DNA of 64,000 nucleotides from Candidatus Omnitrophota bacterium (GCA_028712375.1 JAQTQG010000004.1:5303-69302); one strand, 5' to 3'. Numbered from the stretch's first letter, positions 37,136 through 46,751 are shown. Program-made: numbers and translations. The notes: a model not told the origin generated them from the letters alone.

Positions 37136-37507
37136 ATGCAAATTAAAATTACCATAAATAAACTTACAGTTTTCGCGGAACTCAATGCCTCTAAAACCGC
37201 GCAATTGATTTGGGATAGTCTACCGCTTGAGGCTGATGCGGAGCTTTGGGGCGATGAAGTTTATTTTTATATTAAACCCAAGACGGGTATTGAAAAAGAA
37301 TACGCGCGCCAGGTGGTTGAGGTTGGTGATGTTGCCTATTGGCCGCAAGGGCCTTGTATGTGCTTATTTTTTGGCATGACTCCCAATAGCCGGGATGGTA
37401 AGATTATGCCGGCGAGCGCGGTAAATGTATTTGGTAAGTTAAAAACTGATCCTTTAGTGTTAAAGCAGGTTAAAGAGGGGCAGCGGATTAAGGTTGAGCA
37501 AGCCTAA
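37136..37507 (+). CDS. Cyclophilin-like-fold protein (DUF3830-like)
   Basis: 123 aa. The pattern KITINKLTVFAELNASKTAQ...VAYWPQGPCMCLFFG resembles the uncharacterised cyclophilin-like family. Confidence 0.45.
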   Translation: MQIKITINKLTVFAELNASKTAQLIWDSLPLEADAELWGDEVYFYIKPKTGIEKEYARQVVEVGDVAYWPQGPCMCLFFGMTPNSRDGKIMPASAVNVFGKLKTDPLVLKQVKEGQRIKVEQA

Positions 37508-37592
37508 GTAAATATATAAAACGGCCTGTCCATATTTGTTCTGTAGTTAAAAGAACTGCAAGTAGCTAAGTAATCGTTTATTATCTTATCCT

Positions 37593-38915
37593 ATGAAACT
37601 TTTCTCCCACCAAACAATCGCCAATGATCAGCTTCCGGAAAATCTTGATATCAACGATGAGTTTGAAAAGGCGTTTGAGCTGATGGAGCATACCAAAGAA
37701 TGCCTTTTTATCACCGGTAAAGCGGGCACCGGAAAATCTACGCTTTTAAAATATTTTAAAGCTAATACCGGAAAGAATATCATTGTCTTGGCTCCCACGG
37801 GGGTTGCCGCGGTGAATGTCGGCGGCCAGACAATTCATTCCTTCTTCAGGTTTCCTCCTAAAATCATTCAAAAGGAGACGATAAAACGCCTGCGGGATAG
37901 GAGCTTATTCGAAAACCTGGATATGATTATTATTGATGAGGTCTCCATGGTGCGTTCAGACCTGATGGATGGGATAGATTACGCGTTACGCCTTAACCGC
38001 GGCCGGATGAAAGTGCCTTTTGGCGGAGTGCAGATGGTATTTTTCGGAGACCTTTTTCAATTGTCTCCGGTAGTAGAACATGAATCCAGAAAACTTTTAG
38101 GAGAGCGGTATTTAAGCCCTTATTTTTTTAGCGCTAAAGTATTTGACGATTGCCACCTGAGGACCATTGAACTATCGACGATTTACCGGCAAAAAGATAG
38201 CGCGTTTATGGAGCTTTTAAACCGGGTGAGGAATAAAGAGCATACCGGAAAGGACTTGGCGATATTAAATAAGAAGGTGCAAAAAGATGTTACCGTTTCC
38301 CGGAAAGATTCAACCGTGATTCTGACGACGACTAACAGCCTGGCCAATGCGATTAACCAGGAGCGTTTATCCAAGCTGCCCGGTAAAGAGATGGTGTATA
38401 AAGCTAATGCTACCGGTAAATTTGAAGAGTCGGCATATCCTACGGAATCATCGCTCAGGCTTAAAAAAGGCGCGCAGGTAATTTTAATCAAAAATGATCC
38501 TGATAAAAGATGGGTCAACGGTACGCTGGCCAAGGTTGCCGCTTTATCGCCAGATTCAATCGTCGTGGAGATCGATGGTTTTACCTATGATGTCCCGGTG
38601 GTAAAGTGGGAGAAAGTTGAATATAGCTATAATGAAGATGAAGATAAAATAGAAGATGAGGTGGTGGGGGAGTTCGCGCAGTATCCCTTAAAGCTGGCCT
38701 GGGCAATTACTATTCATAAAAGCCAGGGGCAGACTTTTGATAAGGTGATTATTGACCTTGGATATGGTGCTTTTACCCACGGCCAGTTATATGTTGCTCT
38801 TAGCAGATGCACTTGCCTGGACGGTATAAAGCTTAAACGCCCGGTGGCCCACAGCGATATCATCTTTGATGAGCGTATTTATGAATTTAACCAGCGGTTT
38901 GCCAGCTTATTTTAA
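37593..38915 (+). CDS. Pif1/RecD-like SF1 DNA helicase
   Basis: Walker A ITGKAGTGKSTLLK. Motif II IIIDEVSMV. C-terminal ITIHKSQGQTFD typical of Pif1/RecD-like helicases. Confidence 0.8.
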   Translation: MKLFSHQTIANDQLPENLDINDEFEKAFELMEHTKECLFITGKAGTGKSTLLKYFKANTGKNIIVLAPTGVAAVNVGGQTIHSFFRFPPKIIQKETIKRLRDRSLFENLDMIIIDEVSMVRSDLMDGIDYALRLNRGRMKVPFGGVQMVFFGDLFQLSPVVEHESRKLLGERYLSPYFFSAKVFDDCHLRTIELSTIYRQKDSAFMELLNRVRNKEHTGKDLAILNKKVQKDVTVSRKDSTVILTTTNSLANAINQERLSKLPGKEMVYKANATGKFEESAYPTESSLRLKKGAQVILIKNDPDKRWVNGTLAKVAALSPDSIVVEIDGFTYDVPVVKWEKVEYSYNEDEDKIEDEVVGEFAQYPLKLAWAITIHKSQGQTFDKVIIDLGYGAFTHGQLYVALSRCTCLDGIKLKRPVAHSDIIFDERIYEFNQRFASLF

Positions 38916-38930
38916 AATAAGCTGGTTTAA
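38902..38930 (+). terminator. Terminator hairpin overlapping the helicase stop codon
   Basis: ccagcttatttt-aaaataagctgg inverted repeat followed by ttt. Confidence 0.4.
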
Positions 38931-39060
38931 TCTCCGGCTGCAAAAAGCCATTTTTATTTAATAAATATTTCTGAGAATTTTCCGTATTTGTTCTATAATA
39001 CTATGTAGCATAAGTATCTATATGAACTGTCTGTTATGGCCGCATAGTTGCTGAAAGGTT

Positions 39061-39642
39061 TTGCGATTGATGAAGGATAAAAATAAGACAGTTAACTTTG
39101 GAAAAAATACAGTTTTATTTATTATCGCAATCCTGGCTTTTTCCTGTGTTTTCTTTTTTAATCCTGCTATTTCTCCGGCACAGGATGAAACAACAGAGAT
39201 TTACGCGGATAAAAACAATTTCTTTATCTTTACTCCGCCTGCGGGGTGGACAAAAAAAGAGATGGCAAATGATACTTCTTCCCAGGTAGCCTTTCGTTCC
39301 TCTGACGGCAAGGCCGAGCTGGCGGTAATTGCCCAGTTTAACGAAGGAGAGTCCAATGAGCTTTTCTCCCAGAAAAAATCCTATATTAAAGACTTCCAGC
39401 AGCGGTTTCCTAACGGCACTTTTACTCTTACCTGGGATAGATTGGGTGAACGCAAGGCAATTAAAATAAATTTTGAAATACCTAAAGTAATAAAACAGGA
39501 GCAATATTTTCTCTTTGAGCAGGGAATGCGTTTTGATTTGATCTATGGCGTAGGAAATTCCGCGGATTTTAAAAAATACCGGCAAGCAGCTTTAGATGCT
39601 TTTGTTACTGTGCAGCGTCAGGAACCGGTTAAGGGTAAATAA
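39061..39642 (+). CDS. Hypothetical secreted protein
   Basis: N-terminal hydrophobic signal/anchor (LFIIAILAFSCVFFF). No family recognised. Confidence 0.4.
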   Translation: MRLMKDKNKTVNFGKNTVLFIIAILAFSCVFFFNPAISPAQDETTEIYADKNNFFIFTPPAGWTKKEMANDTSSQVAFRSSDGKAELAVIAQFNEGESNELFSQKKSYIKDFQQRFPNGTFTLTWDRLGERKAIKINFEIPKVIKQEQYFLFEQGMRFDLIYGVGNSADFKKYRQAALDAFVTVQRQEPVKGK

Positions 39643-39674
39643 AACAAAAACACAGCCTTTAAGGATGCCTCCCC

Positions 39675-40697
39675 ATGAAAAATAAACTTCTCCAGAAACG
39701 CGCACTGGTTACCGGCGGATCCGGATTTATCGGTTCACATTTGTGCGAAGAACTGCTTGCCCGCGGTTTTAAGGTTACCGTGGTGGATAATCTGGCCACT
39801 TCTGCTAAATCCAATCTTTCCGCGATAATTAAAAACAAAAATTTTAAATTTTATAAAGGCTCGGTTCTTGACGTAAAGCTGATGCGCCGGCTTATCCGTA
39901 GTTGTGATATTGTCTATCATATGGCCGCGGCGGTGGGGGTAAAATATATTCTGGATAATCCTTTGGGCTCGATACTCACTAATATTAAAGGCACGGAAAT
40001 AATTTTTGAGTTAGCCGATAAATACCATAAAAAAGTCGTTTTAGCTTCCACTTCTGAAGTTTACGGTAAACACGCCTGCGAGCCTTTTAAGGAAGAAGAT
40101 GACCGGATATTGGGCCCGGTAAATAAAAGCCGATGGAGTTACGCGGAAGCCAAGGCGATGGATGAATTTTTAGCTTTGGCTTATCTTAAAGAGCGTAAGC
40201 TGCCGGTAGTCATTGTACGGTTTTTTAACACGGTTGGCCCCCGCCAAACCGGCCGTTACGGCATGGTCCTGCCGGGATTTATTTTGAAGGCCATCCAGAA
40301 TAAGCCGATTACCGTCTATGGCGACGGCGCGCAAATGCGTTCATTTACCTTCGTTAAAGACGCGGTGGATGCGGTAGTGGAACTTAGCCTTAATGCACAA
40401 GCCGAAGGCCAGGTGTTTAATGTGGGCGGCGCAGCCAATATATCAATTAAGGATTTGGCTTATAAAGTAAAAGAAAGGGCAGGTTCATCTTCGCAGATAA
40501 TTTTTGTGCCTTATGCGGAGGCTTATAAAGGAAATGCCGAAGATTTTGAGGATATGGTTTGCCGGATTCCGGATGTCAATAAACTGCAGAAGATGATCGG
40601 GTTTAAACCGGAATTTTCGATTGATGAAATAATTGACCGGACTATTGATTACTTTCGGAAGGTGAAAAAATGCGATTTAGGCGGCTGTTTGCGTTAG
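39675..40697 (+). CDS. NAD-dependent epimerase/dehydratase (UDP-glucuronate decarboxylase/UXS-like SDR)
   Basis: Rossmann fold VTGGSGFIGSHL and catalytic YxxxK (YAEAK). Confidence 0.8.
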   Translation: MKNKLLQKRALVTGGSGFIGSHLCEELLARGFKVTVVDNLATSAKSNLSAIIKNKNFKFYKGSVLDVKLMRRLIRSCDIVYHMAAAVGVKYILDNPLGSILTNIKGTEIIFELADKYHKKVVLASTSEVYGKHACEPFKEEDDRILGPVNKSRWSYAEAKAMDEFLALAYLKERKLPVVIVRFFNTVGPRQTGRYGMVLPGFILKAIQNKPITVYGDGAQMRSFTFVKDAVDAVVELSLNAQAEGQVFNVGGAANISIKDLAYKVKERAGSSSQIIFVPYAEAYKGNAEDFEDMVCRIPDVNKLQKMIGFKPEFSIDEIIDRTIDYFRKVKKCDLGGCLR

Positions 40698-41494
40698 CTC
40701 TAACTGTAACAGTATCTATTTATACTTTGGCGCTGGCTCAAGACCGGCCGGAGGCAGCGGCTAAACTTAGAGAAGAGCCAGCCAGGTATATTGAAGATAA
40801 CCACCTGTTTTTTAATTCTTATTATGAGTACAGCGCGGTAAAACAGGGCGGAAGAAAAGGCCAGTGGAGGCTTTTTACCAATACCGTAGGGTATTCGTTT
40901 GCTAACGGTTTTGTTCCTTATCTTGAGGTGGATTCCTGGGATCGTTTTCATAATAACGATCAGCTTTTTAATTTAGGCGCGTATCTTAAATTTAAGGATT
41001 TTTCCTATTTTCATTCTGAAATCGGTTTTGGTAACGATTTGACTTATCTGCCCAGATTCCGGTTTTTGCAGGAGTATGAACATAAACTTTCCGGCGGCTT
41101 GTCCTGGCAAGCCGGATTTAAATACCTGCATTATCCGGTTAATGACGTGTATCTGGCTTATCCGGGATTAATTTATTACTTCGGAGATAATTACCTGAGT
41201 GCTTTTTATAATATTGGTTTTACCGAAAGCCGGGGCGCAGCCAGTTCCGCGTTATTCAAGGGCAGCGTTGCTTTAAATAAATTTATCGATTTTTGGTTCG
41301 GCGGGGCAGTGGGAGACAGGCTTTATGATATCGATCTGTTGAAATCATCAAAGCAATACGGCTATATAATGTTTGCCGGTATTGATTTTAAAGTTTACAA
41401 GGATCTAAGGCTGCGTTTAGGGTATTCTTACGGCATGGAGAAGCCGGCTTTTATAACCAGGAGCATCGATTACGGGCTTTCAATAAAATTTTAA
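40670..41494 (+). CDS. Putative outer-membrane beta-barrel protein
   Basis: Signal peptide, alternating aromatic/hydrophobic pattern, C-terminal ...YGLSIKF ending in Phe. Confidence 0.4.
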   Translation: MRFRRLFALALTVTVSIYTLALAQDRPEAAAKLREEPARYIEDNHLFFNSYYEYSAVKQGGRKGQWRLFTNTVGYSFANGFVPYLEVDSWDRFHNNDQLFNLGAYLKFKDFSYFHSEIGFGNDLTYLPRFRFLQEYEHKLSGGLSWQAGFKYLHYPVNDVYLAYPGLIYYFGDNYLSAFYNIGFTESRGAASSALFKGSVALNKFIDFWFGGAVGDRLYDIDLLKSSKQYGYIMFAGIDFKVYKDLRLRLGYSYGMEKPAFITRSIDYGLSIKF

Positions 41495-41499
41495 GAAGT

Positions 41500-42456
41500 A
41501 TGAATAATTACCATATTGATTTTATCTGGCAGCTGAATAAATTTCTTATTGCTGCCTCTTTTTTTATGAGCGCTTTCATTATTGTTTATGTTGTCTCAAA
41601 AGGATTTTTGCTAAGGAGGAGGATAAGGCATCTGGTTCTTTTAAAAAAGCGGCTGGAGGCTCAGGCGGCTTCCCCAGAGCTGAGTGTTCAGGATAAATGC
41701 GATCTATTTATTGATAGGATTGACCCGCTGGAAGCAGCGGAAGTAATTAGTAATAAAAAGTTAGTTTATTCTGAAAAGTTGAATTCGGAATTGAAGGCTT
41801 GTTTTATTTCGAAGAATAAAATCCGTCAGATCGAGAAGATCGCTTTAAGCTCCAGGAACAAATGGCGCAGGATCCAGGCGATTATCAGCCTGGGTACTTC
41901 CGGGGATCCCTCTGCGCTGCAAGTTATTGAAAGCTGCCTGTCGGAGAAAGACGAAGATATTTCATATTTTTCCATGCTGGCTTTAGGGCAGCTAAAGATT
42001 GTGCCGGCAGCAACAGCCCTCCTGAACTATTTAGGTAAACATATCTACAGCGGCAATCGGATTGTTTCTTTATTAGAAGATTATCCTGAGGTAATCACAA
42101 CAGAGGTGATAAAAGCAACCCAAAGCCCTGATCCGTTTGTGCGTTTTTGGTGTGTTAAGCTTTTGGCTAAATTTAAGCCTGTAGAATATTTAAGCCGGAT
42201 AGTGGAGCTGACTCAGGATTCCTCCGCCGATGTGCGCGCTGCCGGATGTGAATGCTTGGGAAATATCGGATCCGTCCAGGCAAAAGATGCTCTAGCGCGA
42301 TGCTTAAAAGATGAAGCCTGGTTTGTCAGAATGCACGCGGTGAGAGCGTTGGCGAAGATTTTAAAAAGTGAATGCGTTACCCTGGTTAAGCCGCTATTAG
42401 AAGATAAGGAGTTATTAGTCCGGGAGAGCGCCAAGTGCGCAATTTTAGTTAAATAA
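41500..42456 (+). CDS. HEAT-repeat (PBS-lyase-like) protein with N-terminal TM anchor
   Basis: Repeated DxxVRxxAxxALGxI-type HEAT/PBS units in the C-terminal half. Confidence 0.6.
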   Translation: MNNYHIDFIWQLNKFLIAASFFMSAFIIVYVVSKGFLLRRRIRHLVLLKKRLEAQAASPELSVQDKCDLFIDRIDPLEAAEVISNKKLVYSEKLNSELKACFISKNKIRQIEKIALSSRNKWRRIQAIISLGTSGDPSALQVIESCLSEKDEDISYFSMLALGQLKIVPAATALLNYLGKHIYSGNRIVSLLEDYPEVITTEVIKATQSPDPFVRFWCVKLLAKFKPVEYLSRIVELTQDSSADVRAAGCECLGNIGSVQAKDALARCLKDEAWFVRMHAVRALAKILKSECVTLVKPLLEDKELLVRESAKCAILVK

Positions 42457-42462
42457 TTTTAT

Positions 42463-43866
42463 ATGCAGCCAAATAACGTTATCTATATTATTTTTCTTCT
42501 ATTCTTTTTTTATTTTATCATCCTGAATATTTATTATATTGGTTTGACATTTATCGCTTTATTCGAAAGCAAAAAAAGGGCCAGGGAAAATGCATCCGAA
42601 GATTACCAGCATCTGGCGGTTTCGGCTTTTACTCTGCCGGTGAGTTTCATTATCCCGGCGCATAATGAAGAAATCTGGATTTTGGATTCTTTGAAATCAG
42701 TTTTAAACCAGGATTACCCGGAGTTTGAAGTGATTGTCGTAGATGATTGTTCGACGGATAACACCTTTAAGGTTTTAGATGAGTTTTTGAAGCTGGAATT
42801 GATTAAGAAAGATTCTGCCGAGCGTTTTTCCTGCGGCGGGGAAATAGACGGGATTTTTATCTCCCGTACGCATCCTAATGTCCTGGTGGTTAGTAAAGTC
42901 GCCGGATGCAAGAAGGCGGGTGCGGTAAATTCTGCTTTAAACCTGGCAAAGTATAAATATGTTTGTTCCATTGATTCTGATACGATACTAGAGCCGGATG
43001 CTTTGTTGAAGGTGATGGCTCAGGTGGAGAAAGACCCGGATAAAATTATCGGGGCAGGTGGTTATTTTGGGCTGGTGAACGGTTTTAAGCTAAAAGACGG
43101 CCGGATCATCGAAAAAAGTTTTTCACTGAATCCACTGGTCGCCTATCAGAATGTTGAATATATCCGCTCGCTGGCGGTACATCGGATTGCCTGGAGCAAA
43201 TATAACGCAATGCCGATTGTCGCCGGAGGATTCAGCATTTGGCGCCGGGATATTTTTCTGGAGTTGGGTGGTTACTCTTCAGATTACAGTTCAGAGGACC
43301 TGGAGTTTACTTTGCGGGCACATGATTATATTATTGAAAAAAAGAAAGAGGGCTACCGGATATTGATGCTGCCGTATTTAGTCGGCTGGACAGAGGGGCC
43401 GGCGACATTAACCTCTTTTATTATCCAGCGGGACCGTTGGCAGCGGGTTACCAATGAAGCGGTTTGGAAATACCGGCACATGATCTTACGCCCCAGCCAT
43501 AAGGCCTTGGCTTTTTTGACGCTGCCGTATTTTTTATTCTACGAAGTCCTGGGAATATTTGTGGAATTAGCGGCCGTGGCTTTGGTAATCTGGGGTGTTT
43601 TTAAGGGGGTGCTAGATGTGCGGATATTTTTGACCTATCTGGTTTTTATGATCTTGTGCAATACCGTTCTTTCTTTGTCGGCGTTATTTATTTTTGTCCG
43701 TGACCAGGCGGTCTTAAGGGCCCGGGATGTAATCTATTTTATCATTCTTATTTTCCTGGAGTTTTTCTGGTACCGGTGGCTGATGGCGATTGCGAAATTA
43801 TCAGGCACGGTTCATTATTTTAAAGGGGTGCGCACTTTTGATAAGTATGAACGCCTGGCAAGATAA
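42463..43866 (+). CDS. Family-2 glycosyltransferase, processive type (cellulose/PNAG-synthase-like) with C-terminal TM helices
   Basis: VVDDCSTDNT, DSDT and QRDRW (QxxRW) motifs. N- and C-terminal TM segments. Confidence 0.75.
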   Translation: MQPNNVIYIIFLLFFFYFIILNIYYIGLTFIALFESKKRARENASEDYQHLAVSAFTLPVSFIIPAHNEEIWILDSLKSVLNQDYPEFEVIVVDDCSTDNTFKVLDEFLKLELIKKDSAERFSCGGEIDGIFISRTHPNVLVVSKVAGCKKAGAVNSALNLAKYKYVCSIDSDTILEPDALLKVMAQVEKDPDKIIGAGGYFGLVNGFKLKDGRIIEKSFSLNPLVAYQNVEYIRSLAVHRIAWSKYNAMPIVAGGFSIWRRDIFLELGGYSSDYSSEDLEFTLRAHDYIIEKKKEGYRILMLPYLVGWTEGPATLTSFIIQRDRWQRVTNEAVWKYRHMILRPSHKALAFLTLPYFLFYEVLGIFVELAAVALVIWGVFKGVLDVRIFLTYLVFMILCNTVLSLSALFIFVRDQAVLRARDVIYFIILIFLEFFWYRWLMAIAKLSGTVHYFKGVRTFDKYERLAR

Positions 43867-44023
43867 ACCGGAAAAAGTTTTAGTGAGGTTTTGGCGAGAA
43901 ATTTTATAATACCCGGCGCGCAGAATTCTCTTGCCTTGAAATAAAAATTGTGAGAATCTGAAATAACTGATAAAAATAGATTAGCAATACAGTGATTGAT
44001 TATTAAATATCCGGTAAAAATTT

Positions 44024-44575
44024 ATGATTAAAAAAGTCTGTATTTTCGGCAGTTATAAGGATCTAAGCAAAAAAGAAAAAGCTGATGTTGTCCGCCTGGG
44101 GCAATTGCTGGCGCAGCAAGGCGCTACTGTTATCTCCGGAGGCTTTGGCGGGACGATGGAGGATATTTCACGCGGCGCTAAATCTGCCGGCGGTAAAACA
44201 ATCGGGGTAACCTGGTATAAATGGGAGAAGCCTATTTATAAAGGGGCAAACGCCTTTATCGATGAAGAAATTGTTGCGGATACTCTTTTTGAGCGCATTG
44301 ATATCATGCTTAAAAAAGCGGACGCTTTTATTGTCCTTCCCGGCGGCACGGGGACACTATTAGAGTTATCTGCGGTATTGGAGCATTTGAACAAAGGGTT
44401 AATTGATCCTAAGCCGATAATTATGCTGGGTGATTTTTGGAAGCCGGCTTTGGCTTGTTTAAAGAAAGAGCCGGTATTGAGTGAAAAAACCAGAAGCAAG
44501 CGTAGGATTTCTTGCTGTAATGAGCTGGTTACTTTTGTTAGCAATGTAGATGAGTGTATTAAAAAGCTCAAATAA
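44024..44575 (+). CDS. LOG-family (TIGR00730) Rossmann-fold protein, copy 2
   Basis: ISGGFGGTMEDISRGA and LPGGTGTLLELSAV motifs. Confidence 0.75.
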   Translation: MIKKVCIFGSYKDLSKKEKADVVRLGQLLAQQGATVISGGFGGTMEDISRGAKSAGGKTIGVTWYKWEKPIYKGANAFIDEEIVADTLFERIDIMLKKADAFIVLPGGTGTLLELSAVLEHLNKGLIDPKPIIMLGDFWKPALACLKKEPVLSEKTRSKRRISCCNELVTFVSNVDECIKKLK

Positions 44576-44603
44576 TGTAAGGATATTTTAAGGGATAATC
44601 GGC

Positions 44604-44765
44604 ATGAACATGAAGCAATTGATGTTTATTTGCTTAATAGCAGCTTTTTTATGCTCCGGCTGCGGCGGCAAGCCCGCTCTTGCCAAGGGTGGAGGTAAAT
44701 ATACGATTCCTTTTGATCTTCCTTATGATAACGATGAGTTGAGCAGCGGAAGAATCGATAGATAA
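44604..44765 (+). CDS. Small lipoprotein (53 aa) not in the ORF track
   Basis: Translation MNMKQLMFICLIAAFLCSGCGGKPALAKGG... has a signal peptide and LCSGC lipobox. Confidence 0.4.
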   Translation: MNMKQLMFICLIAAFLCSGCGGKPALAKGGGKYTIPFDLPYDNDELSSGRIDR

Positions 44766-44838
44766 ATAGGTATCCCGCTTTAACCGGTAAATGTTCATTG
44801 GTTTAATTGGAAAGCGCGTTCTTTAGCAAGAAAGGAAG

Positions 44839-45171
44839 GTGGATATGGATATTTTGCACAATCTTATTAATAACATAAATCTTTTATTAAATATTACCGG
44901 CGCTTTGATTATTATCTGGGGCGTGGTTATTGCTTTGATTGAATTTCTAAAAAAAGAGATTGGGAATAGAGATAAAACCATGCAGGTAAATGAAGCGATC
45001 CGGATCCGCTTGGGAGGGTATCTGGTTTTAGCTTTGGAATTCTTTATTGCCGGGGATATTATTAAGACAATTATTACCCCCACCTGGGAAAGCCTGGGAA
45101 TGTTGGGGACGATTGTGGTTATCCGGACGGTATTGAGTTATTTCTTAACTATGGACTTAAAAAAGATTTAA
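44839..45171 (+). CDS. DUF1622-like small membrane protein
   Basis: 110 aa, two TM segments. Pattern (ALIIIWGVVIALIEFL...RIRLGGYLVLALEFFIAGDII) resembles DUF1622. Confidence 0.5.
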   Translation: MDMDILHNLINNINLLLNITGALIIIWGVVIALIEFLKKEIGNRDKTMQVNEAIRIRLGGYLVLALEFFIAGDIIKTIITPTWESLGMLGTIVVIRTVLSYFLTMDLKKI

Positions 45172-45226
45172 TGAGCAAATACCTGAAAAATAAAAAATAG
45201 AGCGATTAGCAGGAGGGAGAAGTTAA

Positions 45227-46321
45227 GTGGCTGACAAACGCAGCAGGGTGGTTTTGATGGCGGTATTTTTATTTTTTACTTTAGCGATGAATTTGTCTTT
45301 TGCCTGCACGGATTTTCAGGTTAAAGCCGAAGATGGCACGGTGGTAATTGGCCGTTCCATGGAATTTCCGGTTGATCTTCATTCGAATGTGGTTATTGTG
45401 CCGCGCGGAGAAAAGTTCATCAGTATTAATGATAAGGGTGTTGAAGGCGTAACCTGGATGAATAAATACGGCTTTCTGGGGGTAGATGCTTATAATCTTA
45501 AAAATTGTTATGTAGAGGCGTTTAATGAAAAAGGTCTGGCTTTTGACGCTTTGATGTTTACCGGCGCCAAATATCAGCCGGCAGAGCCGGGAAAATTTGT
45601 GACGATTGCCGATTTAGGCTCCTGGCTGATGGGAAATTTTGCGACGGTAGAAGAGGTAAAAGAAGCTTTAACTAAAATAAATATCACAGGTACCAGCATA
45701 AAAGAAGCCAACGGCGATTTATATATGCATATTGCCTTGCATGATGCTTTAGGAAAAAACTTAGTTATTGAGTTTATTGACGGAGAAGTTAAGGTTTATG
45801 ACAATCCTCTGGGAGTGATGACTAACCGCCCGGATTTCCAGTGGCAGATGAATAATTTGAGGAATTATATTAATTTAGATGCGCAGGACCGAAAAGACAG
45901 GATGCTTAATGGTTTGAAGTTAGAGCCTACCGGTGTGGGCAGCGGCTTGTTGGGCTTACCCGGAGACTGGACGCCCCCGTCAAGATTTGTGCGGGTTGCG
46001 TATTCTCTGGATGCGGCTTTACCGGTAAAAGATGCCGCGGGAGCGGTGAATTTGGCAGAGCATCTTTTAAACATTGTTGATATTCCTAAAGGAGCAATTA
46101 AGGAGAACCCTGCTCCTTTGATTCATATGGAAGGCTATGCTCAATGGGTAGTGATCAAAGATTTAACCAATCTCATTTTATATTACAAGACTTATGAAAA
46201 TACCGCCTGGAAAATGGTGGATTTAAAGAAATTCAGCCTTGAGCCGGGGGCTGCGCAAAAATCCATTGCCATAGATGATAAGCAACAGAAGGTTATTGAT
46301 GTAACCAGTGAGTTAAAATAA
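45227..46321 (+). CDS. Linear amide C-N hydrolase, choloylglycine hydrolase/penicillin V acylase family (Ntn hydrolase)
   Basis: Signal peptide ending ...SFA followed by a Cys nucleophile (CTDFQVKAEDG...). Family-typical length. Confidence 0.7.
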   Translation: MADKRSRVVLMAVFLFFTLAMNLSFACTDFQVKAEDGTVVIGRSMEFPVDLHSNVVIVPRGEKFISINDKGVEGVTWMNKYGFLGVDAYNLKNCYVEAFNEKGLAFDALMFTGAKYQPAEPGKFVTIADLGSWLMGNFATVEEVKEALTKINITGTSIKEANGDLYMHIALHDALGKNLVIEFIDGEVKVYDNPLGVMTNRPDFQWQMNNLRNYINLDAQDRKDRMLNGLKLEPTGVGSGLLGLPGDWTPPSRFVRVAYSLDAALPVKDAAGAVNLAEHLLNIVDIPKGAIKENPAPLIHMEGYAQWVVIKDLTNLILYYKTYENTAWKMVDLKKFSLEPGAAQKSIAIDDKQQKVIDVTSELK

Positions 46322-46334
46322 AAAGGAGGGTTAA

Positions 46335-46679
46335 ATGATGCATTTCTTAATAAGATGGGGAATCAGCGCGCTATCGATTTTTATTGTTGCCCATATCGTA
46401 AGAGGCATCGAGGTTTCCAGTACCGCCACTGTTTTGGTAATCGCTTTGGTATTGGGGATCATTAATGCTTTCTTGAGGCCTTTGATTATCCTAATCACAC
46501 TGCCGATTAATATTGTAACTTTAGGGATATTTACTCTTTTTATTAACGGAGCGCTTTTTCTTTTTGTTTCCAAGATCGTTAAAGGTTTTGTGATTACAGG
46601 TTTTTGGCCGGCTTTCTGGGGTTATATACTTTTTAGCATTATTAGTTTCTTGCTAAGTCTTTTAGTTGATTCTGTTTAA
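46335..46679 (+). CDS. Phage-holin-family-4 / DUF360 membrane protein
   Basis: 114 aa, 4 TM. The GISALSIFIVAHIV...LGIINAFLRPLIILITLPI pattern is typical of PF04020. Confidence 0.55.
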   Translation: MMHFLIRWGISALSIFIVAHIVRGIEVSSTATVLVIALVLGIINAFLRPLIILITLPINIVTLGIFTLFINGALFLFVSKIVKGFVITGFWPAFWGYILFSIISFLLSLLVDSV

Positions 46680-46751
46680 TTAAGTGATAAAAATAGGAAT
46701 GGTTTTTTTGTTCTTGTTGGGAGATGCTGAAAAGCTTATCAGGAGAGCCTA

